Both the position numbers and the translations under genes were made by a program. From an uncultured beta proteobacterium (GTDB taxonomy: Bacteria; Pseudomonadota; Gammaproteobacteria; Burkholderiales; Burkholderiaceae_B): a stretch of DNA of 58,028 nt. The stretch is from assembly GCA_903958565.1 (NCBI GenBank), contig CAJBTJ010000255.1, positions 1 to 58,028 on the forward strand, read 5' to 3'. The notes beneath the pieces are model-generated. The model did not search any database, was not told the DNA's origin, and saw only the letters and a program-made list of their open reading frames with translations. Shown here one piece after another: positions 43,595 to 53,691 of this stretch (position 1 is its first letter; the number at the start of each line of letters is the position of its first letter).

Positions 43595-44761
43595 ATGCGC
43601 CTGATTCAAAAACTGTTCGCGGCCGCCACGTTGTTGCCCTGCCTGGCCTTGGCTCAGGCCCCTATTAAAGTCGGGATTGCAAACGACCTCTCGGGCCCGT
43701 TTGCCGCCTTGGGCGCTGAGGCGCGTGACGGCTTCAACTTAGCGATCAAACAGTTGGGCGGCAAACTTGGCGGGCAGCCGGCCGAGTTCATCCAGGCAGA
43801 CATGGGCGGTAACCCCGACCAAGCCCGCCAATTAGTGAGCCGTTATATACAACGCGACAAAATCGATTTTTTTACCGGACCGATTGGTTCGAACGTGGCG
43901 CTTGCCGTCGGCCCAGCGCTCTTTGCCGCCAAAGTTCCCTACCTGTCGAACAACCCTGGCCCGAGTCAGTTCGCGGGCGCCCAGTGTAATGACTACTTCT
44001 TCGGTGTGTCCTATCAGAACGATGCGTTTCACGAAGCTGCCGGCAAGGTCGCTGCAGACCGTGGCTTTAAGAAAATGGTCATCATGGCCCCCGATTATCC
44101 AGCGGGCAAGGATGCATTGAACGGCTTCAAGCGTGGTTACAAGACCGCTGTGAGCCAGGAGGTTTACACCAAGCTTGGGCAAATCGACTATGCCGCAGAG
44201 CTTGCACAGATTCGTGATGCAAAGCCTGATGCGATTTATATTTTCTTGCCAGGTGGCATGGGGATTAACTTTATTAAGCAATTTGTATCGGCTGGACTGA
44301 ATCAAAGCGTCAAAATCGTGGGACCGGGTTTCTCGGCGGACGAAGATGTGATTCGCGCCGTGGGTGAGCCAATGATCGGCATGTTTAACACCGCGCAATG
44401 GGCCCATGATTTGGATAATGCACAAAATAAAGCGTTTGTGGCTGCTTTCCGTAAGGAATACAACAATCGTCAGCCCTCCGTTTATGCTGCCCAAGCCTAC
44501 GACACAATGATGGCGATTGACGCTGCGGTTAAGGCCGTCGGCGGAAAAGTGGCTGATCGTGCTGCGGTGCTCGCTGCGCTCAAAAAGGCTGACTTTTCCT
44601 CGGTGCGCGGCCCCTTCAAGTATGGCGTGAACAACTTCCCGATCCAGCCCTACTATGTTCGCGTCATTGAAAAGGCTGCCGATGGCAGCATCACGAACAA
44701 ACTGGTGGGTAAAGTGTTTGATTCCTACCAGGACGTCTACGTTGGTGAGTGCAAGAAATAA
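43595..44761 (+). CDS. LivK-like ABC substrate-binding protein (aromatic-acid / Nba-like subfamily)
   Basis: Signal peptide, LSGPFAALG..RDGF.LA..LGGKLGG, GPSQFAG.QC..YFF..SYQND..HEA.G, APDYPAGKDAL.GFKR; AGGAG RBS. Confidence 0.88.
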   Translation: MRLIQKLFAAATLLPCLALAQAPIKVGIANDLSGPFAALGAEARDGFNLAIKQLGGKLGGQPAEFIQADMGGNPDQARQLVSRYIQRDKIDFFTGPIGSNVALAVGPALFAAKVPYLSNNPGPSQFAGAQCNDYFFGVSYQNDAFHEAAGKVAADRGFKKMVIMAPDYPAGKDALNGFKRGYKTAVSQEVYTKLGQIDYAAELAQIRDAKPDAIYIFLPGGMGINFIKQFVSAGLNQSVKIVGPGFSADEDVIRAVGEPMIGMFNTAQWAHDLDNAQNKAFVAAFRKEYNNRQPSVYAAQAYDTMMAIDAAVKAVGGKVADRAAVLAALKKADFSSVRGPFKYGVNNFPIQPYYVRVIEKAADGSITNKLVGKVFDSYQDVYVGECKK

Positions 44762-44789
44762 GCAAACGTGACCCGACTGCAGTCCTGAC

Positions 44790-45710
44790 ATGAGCGCAAC
44801 GCTGATCGCCGAGCAACTGCTGAACGGTTTGCAGTTCGGATTGATGTTGTTTCTGATTGCAGCAGGGTTGACGCTCGTGTTCGGGATTCTGGACATCCTG
44901 AATGTGGCGCATGGCTCGCTATACATGGCAGGCGCCTATGTTGCCGCCCAGACCATGCAGGCTACACAATCTTTTTTGTTGGCTGTTGTGGTGTCGGCGG
45001 TGGTCACGGGGCTTGTCGGTTTGATTATCGAGCTTGTCTTGGTGCGGCGTTTGGTCGTCCGCGATCATTTGGCGCAGGTGCTGGGTACGTTCGCGATTAT
45101 TCTCATTGCGAACGATGTGGTGAAAATGATTTGGGGTCCGGCCCCTGTCATGATGAGTATGCCCGCGGCACTTTCAGGTCCTGTGCATATTCTGCCTAAT
45201 ATGTTGTACCCAGCCTATCGACTGTTGATCATTGCGGTCGGTCTCGCTGCAGCGCTTGGTTTATATCTATTTGTGACGCGCACCCGGGCAGGAGTCTTAG
45301 TGCGAGCCGGCGCATCAAATAGGCAAATGGCCACTCTGATGGGCGTGCGTGTCCCTCTATTATTTTTGGGTGTATTTGTCTTGGGTGCAATGCTCGCAGC
45401 CCTGGCAGGCGCCATGCTTGGTCCCGTCACCGCTATTCAGGCAGGCATGGGTGAGCAAATTCTGATTCTGGTGCTGGTGTGTATCGTGATCGGCGGCATC
45501 GGTTCGATTCGTGGCGCCTTTGTCGGTGCGCTGCTAGTGGGCTTTGTAGACACGGCAGGGCGCGCTTTTTTACCGACGTTATTGAAAACATTTTTTTCAC
45601 CAGCTGTGGCCTCCAGCGTCGGTCCAACCTTGGCGGCTCTTTCAATCTATATTTTGATGGCGGTTGTACTAGTGTTTAGACCTGCCGGCTTATTTCCGGC
45701 GCGCGGGTGA
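44790..45710 (+). CDS. Branched-chain amino acid-type ABC permease (LivH-like)
   Basis: NGLQFGLMLFLIAAGLTLVFG..LNVAHG, IVIGGIGSIRGA, RPAGLF. Confidence 0.9.
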   Translation: MSATLIAEQLLNGLQFGLMLFLIAAGLTLVFGILDILNVAHGSLYMAGAYVAAQTMQATQSFLLAVVVSAVVTGLVGLIIELVLVRRLVVRDHLAQVLGTFAIILIANDVVKMIWGPAPVMMSMPAALSGPVHILPNMLYPAYRLLIIAVGLAAALGLYLFVTRTRAGVLVRAGASNRQMATLMGVRVPLLFLGVFVLGAMLAALAGAMLGPVTAIQAGMGEQILILVLVCIVIGGIGSIRGAFVGALLVGFVDTAGRAFLPTLLKTFFSPAVASSVGPTLAALSIYILMAVVLVFRPAGLFPARG

Positions 45711-46672
45711 GTATGCAATCGCTTTACGCGCGCCTACCCTGGCTATGCCTTGTGTGTTTGATTGTATTTCCGCTCGTCGCCCCTGCGCTGAATCTTGATT
45801 TTTATGTTTCCTTTGTTCGACGCGTGCTGATTTTCGCACTGGCGGCGACCAGCCTAAACTTTATTCTTGGGTACGGTGGAATGGTGGCGCTTGGGCATGC
45901 AGCCTTCTTTGGCGCGGGCGCGTATGTTGCTGCAATTCTTTCGACACAGGGGTTGCAACAGGCATGGTTGGGTTGGCCGATCGCTATGCTGATCTCTGCG
46001 GCATTAGCCTTGATCGTGGGCGTCGTGTCGTTGCGTACGCGCGGGGTCTACTTCATTATGATCACCCTCGCGTTTGCGCAGATGGTGTTCTATTTGTTTA
46101 TCTCGCTCCGCCAGTACGGCGGAGAAGATGGCATCAACTTGTCGGCACCCCTGCAGTTACCAGGGCTGAATCTCGCGGACAGTACGACGTCCTATTATGT
46201 CGTGCTAGCGGTGGTGGTGGGATGCCTTTGGCTAATGAATCGCGTGATTCACGCGCGTTTCGGACAAGCGCTCCAAGGGATCCGTGAGAACGAGGCGCGT
46301 ATGGAGGCCTTGGGATACCCCGTATTCAAAATCAAGTTGCTAGCGTTTGTTCTTGCCGGTGCTGTGGCTGGCTTGGCTGGGGCGCTGCTCGCCAATCACA
46401 ATTTGTTTGTGTCCCCGAGTTTGATGCATTGGACAGCTTCTGCGAGCTTGATCATTATGGTGATCGTAGGTGGAGTCGGATTGCGTTATGGCGGAGTGAT
46501 TGGCGCTGTGGTGATGCTTTGGCTAGAGGAGGTCTTGCGCCTGTATACCGATTACTGGCACATGCCGTTGGGCGTGTTGCTATTAGCGATCGTGTTGTTT
46601 GCACCGCGCGGGCTCGCGGGGGCGTGGACCAGTTTTGCCGCACGCTTTTCCAAGCAAGGCGGTCCGTCATGA
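45707..46672 (+). CDS. Branched-chain amino acid-type ABC permease (LivM-like)
   Basis: GYGGMVALGHAAFFG, RTRGVYFIMITLAF, GGEDG, GIRENEAR. Confidence 0.9.
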   Translation: MSMQSLYARLPWLCLVCLIVFPLVAPALNLDFYVSFVRRVLIFALAATSLNFILGYGGMVALGHAAFFGAGAYVAAILSTQGLQQAWLGWPIAMLISAALALIVGVVSLRTRGVYFIMITLAFAQMVFYLFISLRQYGGEDGINLSAPLQLPGLNLADSTTSYYVVLAVVVGCLWLMNRVIHARFGQALQGIRENEARMEALGYPVFKIKLLAFVLAGAVAGLAGALLANHNLFVSPSLMHWTASASLIIMVIVGGVGLRYGGVIGAVVMLWLEEVLRLYTDYWHMPLGVLLLAIVLFAPRGLAGAWTSFAARFSKQGGPS

Positions 46673-47421
46673 CTGTTGCTTTGCAGGCCCATCATCTGAC
46701 CAAGCGATACGGTGCGTTGGTCGCTTGTGATCAGGTATCGCTTACCGTAATGCCTGGTGAAATACATGCGCTCATCGGACCAAACGGGGCAGGGAAGTCG
46801 ACACTCATTCATTTGCTTTCCGGCACGATTGCACCGGACGCTGGAAAACTGCTGATGGGTGATCGTGACTTGACTCGTCTTTCACCGCATGCTCGCGTGC
46901 GTGCTGGGCTGTCGAGGTCTTACCAAGTTACAAATATTTTTAAGCAATTTTCGGCCTTTGATAACCTAATGCTCGCTGTACAGGCACATGCTGGCAGTAG
47001 CTTTGAGTTTTGGCGGCCACGCTGCGCGGATCAAGCGCTTCGAGAGACCGCGACTCAGCTGGCTAGTCAGTGCGCGATCGATCAAGGACTCTGGTCACAG
47101 CCCGCAGGTGTATTGCCGCACGGTGAGCAGCGCAAACTAGAGTTTGCGTTAGCGCTAGCGGGACAGCCCAGCGTGCTGTTGCTCGACGAGCCCATGGCTG
47201 GCATGGGTCCCGATGAGACGATTCGTTTGACGGAATTGATTGCCTCTCTGCGTGGCCACGTTGCGATACTTCTTGTTGAGCACGATATGCAAGCGGTGTT
47301 TCGCCTTGCGGATCGTATTTCAGTACTGGTATATGGACGTGTGATTGCGACGGGGACCCCTGAAGAGATCCGTGCGAACACAGCGGTGCGACAAGCCTAC
47401 CTTGGTGCGGAGGCGACGTGA
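46669..47421 (+). CDS. ABC ATP-binding protein (LivG-like)
   Basis: IGPNGAGKST, LPHGEQRKLE, LLDEPMAG, LVEHDM. Start ATG 46669 overlaps the upstream stop. Confidence 0.9.
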   Translation: MTVALQAHHLTKRYGALVACDQVSLTVMPGEIHALIGPNGAGKSTLIHLLSGTIAPDAGKLLMGDRDLTRLSPHARVRAGLSRSYQVTNIFKQFSAFDNLMLAVQAHAGSSFEFWRPRCADQALRETATQLASQCAIDQGLWSQPAGVLPHGEQRKLEFALALAGQPSVLLLDEPMAGMGPDETIRLTELIASLRGHVAILLVEHDMQAVFRLADRISVLVYGRVIATGTPEEIRANTAVRQAYLGAEAT

Positions 47422-48125
47422 TGTTGTGTGTACAGAATATTCACAGTGGGTATGGTCTGAGTCAGGTGCTGTTCGATGTGTCGCTTGAGATCGGTGCGGG
47501 CGAGGTAGTGGCCGTCTTGGGACGTAATGGCATGGGTAAGTCGACGCTCGTACGAACAATTTTTGGTCAACTCCCCCTGCAAGCAGGGCGCTTGAGTTTT
47601 GGAGGCGAGGATATTTCGGGATGGACGCCAGATCGTATTGCTCGACTTGGTTTGGCAATCGTGCCCGAGGGGCGACAGTGCTTTCCCAACCTTTCAGTAC
47701 GAGAGCATCTCACTGCCTTCGCCGCACGGCGCAATGCTGTTGCGAATCAACACTGGGATCTTGAGCGCGTTTTTGAGATGTTTCCACGTTTGCGCGAGCG
47801 GCAGAACAACATGGGGAATCAATTGTCGGGCGGCGAGCAACAAATGTTGGCAATAGGACGCGCCTTAGTTACCAATCCGCGATTGTTAATTTTGGATGAG
47901 GCCACCGAAGGGTTGGCGCCTTTAGTCCGTGAAGAGATATGGCAATGTCTGGCGCGCTTACGCGAGGCGGGTCAAACGATTTTAGTTATTGATAAATATG
48001 TCGAACGTCTGATTAAGCTTGCCGACCGCCACATCATTCTTGAGCGTGGACGCATCGTTTGGCAGGGCAGCTCAGCTGCCCTGGACGCTGATCGTTCTCT
48101 TTGGACGCGCTATCTAGGTGTTTAA
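47418..48125 (+). CDS. ABC ATP-binding protein (LivF-like)
   Basis: [43 protein letters not shown]. Confidence 0.9.
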   Translation: MMLCVQNIHSGYGLSQVLFDVSLEIGAGEVVAVLGRNGMGKSTLVRTIFGQLPLQAGRLSFGGEDISGWTPDRIARLGLAIVPEGRQCFPNLSVREHLTAFAARRNAVANQHWDLERVFEMFPRLRERQNNMGNQLSGGEQQMLAIGRALVTNPRLLILDEATEGLAPLVREEIWQCLARLREAGQTILVIDKYVERLIKLADRHIILERGRIVWQGSSAALDADRSLWTRYLGV

Positions 48126-49397
48126 CTTCGCAAACACTTTGTCAGCCGCTGCAATCGTCGCCGCGATCACGCTGTCGTCATGTGTGCTTGAGACAAAACC
48201 TGCCTCGTAGGCCGACGGGGCGAAGTACACCCCCTCATCAAGCATCGCGTGAAAAAACACCTTGAACATCTCGATGTTGCTCGCGGATACCTCGGCGAGG
48301 CTGGTCGGAATCTTGTCTGAGAAGTACACGCCAAACATACCGCCGACACAGTCTGCACTGAAGGCAATCTTGTGCGCGCGGGCGCGCGCGACGAGTCCGT
48401 CGCACAGCGCACGGGTGCGTTTGCCGAGGTCTTCATAAAAGCCTGGCTTGGCCAAAAGCTTGAGAGTGGTGATGCCGGCAGCCACTGCAACCGGATTGCC
48501 CGAGAGCGTGCCCGCTTGATAGACGCCACCGAGAGGGGCGATGTTGCTCATGATTTTGGCGCTTGCGCCGAACGCACCGATGGGCATGCCGCCACCAATG
48601 ACTTTTGCCAGAGTCGTGATGTCTGGCTTGATTCCTGTGAGTCCTTGAACGCCTTGCGGTCCGACACGAAAGCCCGTCATGACTTCGTCGAATATCAACA
48701 GCGCGCCATGCGCCGTACATTCGCTGCGCAGCGTTTCAAGGAAGCCAGCGACCGGCTTGATCATATTCATGTTGCCGGCGATGGGCTCAACGATGATGCA
48801 AGCGATGTCTTTGCCATGTTGCGTGAAAGCTGCTTTGACACCGGCGATGTCGTTGTAATCCAAGACAATGGTGTGTGCAACGAACTCTGGCGGGACGCCC
48901 GCTGATGTCGGGTTGCCAAAGGTAAGCAGGCCCGAACCTGCCTTGACCAATAAGCTATCCGCGTGGCCGTGATAACAGCCTTCGAATTTAATGATCTTGC
49001 TGCGACCCGTTGCGCCGCGAGCCAAGCGAATCGCCGTCATGGTGGCTTCTGTGCCTGAGCTGACCAAACGCACTTGCTCGATGGAAGGCATGCGTGCAAT
49101 GAGCATTTCGGCGATCTCAATCTCTGCTTCGGTTGGAGCGCCGTAAGACAGACCATGGACCGCAGCCTCTTGCACCGCACGTACGACCTCCGGATGTGCG
49201 TGCCCCAGAATAGCTGGGCCCCACGAGCCGATGTAGTCGATGTAGCGTTTGTCTTCTGCATCCCAAAAATAAGGTCCTTGGGCGCGTGCGACAAAGCGCG
49301 GTGTGCCGCCCACCGAGCGAAAAGCCCGGACAGGGGAGTTAACACCACCAGGAATACTGCGACTGGCGCGTGCGAAGAGTTCAGCGTTAGTTGGCAT
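48114..49397 (-). CDS. hemL: Glutamate-1-semialdehyde 2,1-aminomutase
   Basis: [45 protein letters not shown]. Confidence 0.97.
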   Translation of the reverse strand: MPTNAELFARASRSIPGGVNSPVRAFRSVGGTPRFVARAQGPYFWDAEDKRYIDYIGSWGPAILGHAHPEVVRAVQEAAVHGLSYGAPTEAEIEIAEMLIARMPSIEQVRLVSSGTEATMTAIRLARGATGRSKIIKFEGCYHGHADSLLVKAGSGLLTFGNPTSAGVPPEFVAHTIVLDYNDIAGVKAAFTQHGKDIACIIVEPIAGNMNMIKPVAGFLETLRSECTAHGALLIFDEVMTGFRVGPQGVQGLTGIKPDITTLAKVIGGGMPIGAFGASAKIMSNIAPLGGVYQAGTLSGNPVAVAAGITTLKLLAKPGFYEDLGKRTRALCDGLVARARAHKIAFSADCVGGMFGVYFSDKIPTSLAEVSASNIEMFKVFFHAMLDEGVYFAPSAYEAGFVSSTHDDSVIAATIAAADKVFAKLNT

Positions 49398-49428
49398 AAG
49401 AAATGCTCCGGTTGATCAGGAGAAAGTA

Positions 49429-50091
49429 TCAGGTTTTTGTTTGAGCGTCTTGAAATGCCGCGCTGAATGCGCGAGCAGTTTCTTCAATGTCTGGTGTCGC
49501 AAAGAGTCCACCAACGACTGCGAGAGAGTCTGCGCCTGCCGCGATCACTGAAGCGGCTTGGGCAATGCCGATGCCACCGATGGCAACGACAGCGGGTCTC
49601 GGTGCCGGCAATGCCTGGCAAAGTCCTCTGCCAGCAACCAGGACCGAAAGGGCGGCGGGTGGCGCAAGTGGTTTTGTTTGTGATGCGAACATGGCGCCGA
49701 AGGCGATGTAGTCAACGTGGTGTGCTAAATGTTTGGTGGCCAGAGCAGGGTCAGCGTAACAAGACACGCCGAGCAATAGATCGGGTCCGATTGCACGGCG
49801 AACGAGCTCAGGGGCGTCGTCTTCACGTCCGACGTGCACGCCATCGGCTCCGATTTCTAAGGCAAGGCGCCAGTCATCGTTGATCATGAACACGACACCG
49901 ATTTCGCGGCAGGTGTCCCGTAACTGGAGGGCGAGGGCTTTGCGCCAAGACGGCGTTGCGGTCTTGATGCGTAATTGCAAGGCGGTCATGCCGCCACGCG
50001 CGGCTGCGCGCACAGCGTGGTCGAGTTTGTCTGCATCGTCCCACTCCGGGGTGATGCCGTAGAGGCCACGCGGAAACCTGAGGTCGTTCAT
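49429..50091 (-). CDS. thiE: Thiamine phosphate synthase
   Basis: QLRIK, INDD, ADGVHVGREDD, GVSCY, FASQTKP, VAIGGI. Confidence 0.9.
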   Translation of the reverse strand: MNDLRFPRGLYGITPEWDDADKLDHAVRAAARGGMTALQLRIKTATPSWRKALALQLRDTCREIGVVFMINDDWRLALEIGADGVHVGREDDAPELVRRAIGPDLLLGVSCYADPALATKHLAHHVDYIAFGAMFASQTKPLAPPAALSVLVAGRGLCQALPAPRPAVVAIGGIGIAQAASVIAAGADSLAVVGGLFATPDIEETARAFSAAFQDAQTKT

Positions 50092-50912
50092 CAGATGGCG
50101 CGAGGGTGACGTCGTGCAATGCGTCGCCCCATGCCTGGTTGAAAGGATTGACTGAGTGCTTGCTCCGCGTGCGCACAGGCCTGCTTTGCTGCCTCCGCAA
50201 CGTCGAGGCCTTGAGCCAGCATGGCTGCAAGCGCAGCTGCGATCAGGCCGCCAGAGTCACGTAGCCGCTCTGGGGGTGCAACCCATGGCCAGGTGAGTGT
50301 TTCGTTGTCAGGACCAAGCAATATATTGACGAGGTGGCCAGGGCGCTGCGGACTGCCCGTTACCAAGACCCAGTCAGCACCAATGGCCTGCAGCGCTTGT
50401 GGGCCCGCTGTCAGCCCTGACGCTTCCAAAACGTCCTCCGTGATCCATTGGGTCAGGCGGCGCGCTTCAATGACCACCACATGTGCTTGCGGCACGAGTA
50501 GCTCAAGCACGGATCCCACAAGATCTTCGACCTCCTCCTCTTCTTCCTCTTCGGGCTGTTCGGTGGTGATCTCTGGCGCCCCCAGGTGAAGCACTAACGG
50601 GACTTCGCTGTAATCAGCGGCGATTTGTGCCACTGCGCTCACCGCCTCGGCTGAGTTCAACGCCCCCACTTTGATCGCCCCGACGGAAATATCTTCGAGC
50701 AGACAGCGGGCCTGATCGTCAATTTGTTCGGCCGGACAGGGAAAAACCGACTCGCTTTCCGCCGTATCTTGAATAGTGATGGCGGTCAGTGTCGCGAGGG
50801 CATGCCCGCCCAGTGCGGCGCACGTCACGGCGTCGGCCGGTAAACCGTCTGAGCCAGTCGGATCAAACGGGCCAAAAATGAGCGTAATTGGGGTTGAAAT
50901 AGGTAAATTCAT
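50091..50912 (-). CDS. ThiD-like (HMP/HMP-P kinase family) protein with degenerate motifs
   Basis: FDPTGSDGLPAD, TAITIQDT, AIKVGAL match the ThiD fold and it sits next to thiE; catalytic motifs are altered (see findings). Confidence 0.75.
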   Translation of the reverse strand: MNLPISTPITLIFGPFDPTGSDGLPADAVTCAALGGHALATLTAITIQDTAESESVFPCPAEQIDDQARCLLEDISVGAIKVGALNSAEAVSAVAQIAADYSEVPLVLHLGAPEITTEQPEEEEEEEVEDLVGSVLELLVPQAHVVVIEARRLTQWITEDVLEASGLTAGPQALQAIGADWVLVTGSPQRPGHLVNILLGPDNETLTWPWVAPPERLRDSGGLIAAALAAMLAQGLDVAEAAKQACAHAEQALSQSFQPGMGRRIARRHPRAI

Positions 50913-51044
50913 GTCAAAAAGACAAGCGATCGGCAGGCAAAGCGCTGTTGGTTTCTGTAAGATTGACCCCATTGTAAGAGATGAGCCGTTTTATCCGCCT
51001 AAAATTCCCCGCGGAGCGGTTAATCCTCAGACTAAGAGAGAAAA

Positions 51045-51209
51045 ATGCGTACTTGGATGTGTTTGATTTGCGGTTGGATTTACGATGAAGAGACGGGCGT
51101 CCCCGAAGAGGGAATTGCCCCGGGTACCCGCTGGGAGGACGTTCCACCAAACTGGGTATGTCCCGAATGCGGTGCACGTAAAGAAGACTTTGAGCTCATG
51201 GAGATCTAA
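51045..51209 (+). CDS. Rubredoxin
   Basis: Manual translation: MRTWMCLICGWIYDEETGVPEEGIAPGTRWEDVPPNWVCPECGARKEDFELMEI. Two CxxCG motifs, 54 aa, below the ORF-track cutoff. Confidence 0.97.
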   Translation: MRTWMCLICGWIYDEETGVPEEGIAPGTRWEDVPPNWVCPECGARKEDFELMEI

Positions 51210-51218
51210 GCCAGGCCT

Positions 51219-51800
51219 ATGACCCAACACCCTATGCCGGCCGCAGAGCCAATCGATCTGTCCAATCAGTTTCTGATGGCCATGCCAGGAATGGTTGACG
51301 GCGAGTTTGCTGGTACGGTGATTTATCTTTGCGAGCACAGTCCAAAAGGCGCCCTCGGTTTAGTGATCAACCGTCCTACCGACCTGAGCGTTGCCGGTTT
51401 GCTCGAAAAAATCGATCTAAAACTTGAAATCGCACTACCCCAGAATGCAGCAGTGTATTTTGGTGGGCCGGTGCATACGGATCGAGGCTTTGTGTTGCAC
51501 TCCCCTGCGGGTAGTTTTAGTTCGAGTATTCAGCTCGGTCAGCTTGCCTTGACGACTTCTCGCGACGTACTTCAGGCGGTTGCGCAGGGCAACGGGCCCG
51601 AAAAATTGCTTGTCACGCTTGGATATTCGGGCTGGGGCGCAGGGCAGCTTGAAAGCGAAATCGCGCAAAACGCCTGGTTGACGGTTCCTGCAAGCGCGGA
51701 GGTCATTTTTGCCACCCCTCCTGAGGACCGCTACGCGGCCGCACTCAAACTTCTTGGCATCGATCCTGGAATGTTGTCTGGTGTGGCGGGGCATGCCTGA
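51219..51800 (+). CDS. algH: YqgE/AlgH family protein
   Basis: FLMAMP, CEHSPKGALGLVINRP, FGGPV..DRGFVLH, LGYSGWGAGQLE.E...NAWL. Confidence 0.93.
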   Translation: MTQHPMPAAEPIDLSNQFLMAMPGMVDGEFAGTVIYLCEHSPKGALGLVINRPTDLSVAGLLEKIDLKLEIALPQNAAVYFGGPVHTDRGFVLHSPAGSFSSSIQLGQLALTTSRDVLQAVAQGNGPEKLLVTLGYSGWGAGQLESEIAQNAWLTVPASAEVIFATPPEDRYAAALKLLGIDPGMLSGVAGHA

Positions 51801-52185
51801 GGAAACGCTTCTCGCCTTTGATTACGGCGTCAAGAAATTAGGCGTTGCTCTCGGAAATTCTTTGCTCAGGCAGGCCAGGCCGCTCGAAATCATCGAGACC
51901 GATACGCGCGATGCTCGCTTTGCCCGGATCGAGGCCTTGCTGAAGATTTGGCAGCCAGAACGCCTAGTGGTCGGTCTCGCCCTGAATACGGATGGCTCTG
52001 ATCAAGAGGCGACCGCACGCTGCAGACGCTTTGCGAACCAGCTAGAGGGCCGTTTCAAGCTACCTGTTGCACTCATCGATGAGCGAGGCTCGAGCATGGA
52101 GGCCCAGAAAATTACCGGCAATGCCCCTGATGACGCTGTCGCAGCGGCTATTATTCTCCAACGCTACTTTGATGCGCTGACTTGA
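51793..52185 (+). CDS. ruvX: YqgF/RuvX pre-16S rRNA nuclease
   Basis: LAFDYGVKKLGVA.GN, VVGL, DERGSSMEA, DAVAAAIIL. Confidence 0.93.
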   Translation: MPEETLLAFDYGVKKLGVALGNSLLRQARPLEIIETDTRDARFARIEALLKIWQPERLVVGLALNTDGSDQEATARCRRFANQLEGRFKLPVALIDERGSSMEAQKITGNAPDDAVAAAIILQRYFDALT

Positions 52186-52195
52186 GGCTCGACCA

Positions 52196-52738
52196 ATGGC
52201 CACTAAAACACCCGCATACACCTCTGCCACCTTGCCAGATGCTGAAACGCTCTACGGCAATCTCTTGGCCGCCGTGCGTCATGCAATCGAACAGCTACCG
52301 CCTGAGCTGGTGCACTTGGTTGGTATTCATTCCGGTGGCGCGTGGCTTGCGCAACGCCTTCACAAAGATCTCGGGCTTGCTCAGCCGATGGGGACGCTGG
52401 ATATCAGTTTTTATCGTGACGATTTCGACAAAATCGGCCTGCATTCGCAGGTGATGCCTTCAGAGATATCTTTTTCTGTCGCAGGTAAGCATTTGGTTCT
52501 TGTCGATGACGTGCTCTACACAGGCAGGACGATTCGAGCAGCCATGAACGAGCTATTTGACTACGGCCGACCGGCCTCAATACGTCTAGCCGTGCTGATT
52601 GACCGAGGTGGACGCGAATTGCCGATTGCGGCGGTTGCGGTAGGTGGATTGATAGAACCGACACCTGCTGCCAGTTTTGTGCTGTCGCAAACGCAGGCGG
52701 GTGCGTTTGTTCTCACTATTGAATCCAAGGAGCATTGA
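52196..52738 (+). CDS. pyrR: PyrR regulator / uracil phosphoribosyltransferase
   Basis: [33 protein letters not shown]. Confidence 0.94.
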   Translation: MATKTPAYTSATLPDAETLYGNLLAAVRHAIEQLPPELVHLVGIHSGGAWLAQRLHKDLGLAQPMGTLDISFYRDDFDKIGLHSQVMPSEISFSVAGKHLVLVDDVLYTGRTIRAAMNELFDYGRPASIRLAVLIDRGGRELPIAAVAVGGLIEPTPAASFVLSQTQAGAFVLTIESKEH

Positions 52739-53691
52739 TGCGCAATCCTCAACTCAATCGACATGGTGAGCTGACGCATCTCATAACGACCGAAGGTTTG
52801 TCTCGCGACATCCTGACACATATCCTGGATACCGCGCAGACCTTTGTACCGCTTGCGGATCGGGATGTTAAAAAAGTACCGCTGCTACGTGGCAAGAGTG
52901 TATTCAATCTTTTTTTTGAAAACTCAACGCGTACGCGGACGACGTTTGAGATCGCGGCAAAAAGACTGTCGGCGGATGTATTCAATTTGAATATCAACGT
53001 TTCTTCTGCAGCGAAGGGTGAAACCCTTCTCGATACGATTGCAAACTTGTCGGCCATGCAGGCTGATTTGTTTGTGGTGCGCCACCAAGCAAGCGGAGCG
53101 CCATACTTGATCGCGCAACACGTGGCGCCCCATGTACATGTGATCAATGCAGGCGACGGGCGTCATGCGCATCCGACTCAAGGTCTGCTTGATATGTACA
53201 CGATCAGACATTTCAAAAAAGATTTTTCTAATTTAACGGTTGCCGTGGTGGGCGATATTCTTCACTCGCGCGTCGCACGTTCGAATATTCATGCACTCAC
53301 AACCCTCGGTGTGGCGGAGGTGCGTGCGGTCGGCCCTTTGACCTTGTTGCCCTCAGGGCTTGATCAGATGGGTGTGCGCGTGTTCACCGATATGAAGGAA
53401 GGCATAAAAGGTGCAGATGTCATCATTATGTTGCGATTACAAAATGAACGGATGGGGGGTGCTTTAATTCCTTCATCGCATGAATATTTCAAGCACTATG
53501 GGCTGACCCAAGAAAAACTCGCACTGGCTAAACCTGACTGTATTGTGATGCACCCGGGCCCCATGAATCGTGGGGTAGAGATTGATTCGGCGGTCGCCGA
53601 TGGCCCGCACTCTGTGATCTTGAATCAAGTGACCTTTGGGATTGCGGTGCGTATGGCTGTTATGAGTATCGTCGCGGGGGCATCAGCATGA
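52738..53691 (+). CDS. pyrB: Aspartate carbamoyltransferase catalytic subunit
   Basis: [37 protein letters not shown]; TGATG overlap with pyrR. Confidence 0.97.
   Translation: MRNPQLNRHGELTHLITTEGLSRDILTHILDTAQTFVPLADRDVKKVPLLRGKSVFNLFFENSTRTRTTFEIAAKRLSADVFNLNINVSSAAKGETLLDTIANLSAMQADLFVVRHQASGAPYLIAQHVAPHVHVINAGDGRHAHPTQGLLDMYTIRHFKKDFSNLTVAVVGDILHSRVARSNIHALTTLGVAEVRAVGPLTLLPSGLDQMGVRVFTDMKEGIKGADVIIMLRLQNERMGGALIPSSHEYFKHYGLTQEKLALAKPDCIVMHPGPMNRGVEIDSAVADGPHSVILNQVTFGIAVRMAVMSIVAGASA

Noticed and set aside
43832-44926. 364-aa antisense ORF opposite the ABC substrate-binding gene
   Set aside because: Shadow ORF of a codon-biased gene; no recognisable motifs or RBS.
50913-51044. TPP riboswitch upstream of thiD-like/thiE
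   Set aside because: No TPP aptamer consensus seen on the minus strand; only a TGTAAGA direct repeat of unclear meaning.
51027-51338. Minus-strand ORFs over the rubredoxin region
   Set aside because: Antisense to the clear rubredoxin and algH genes.
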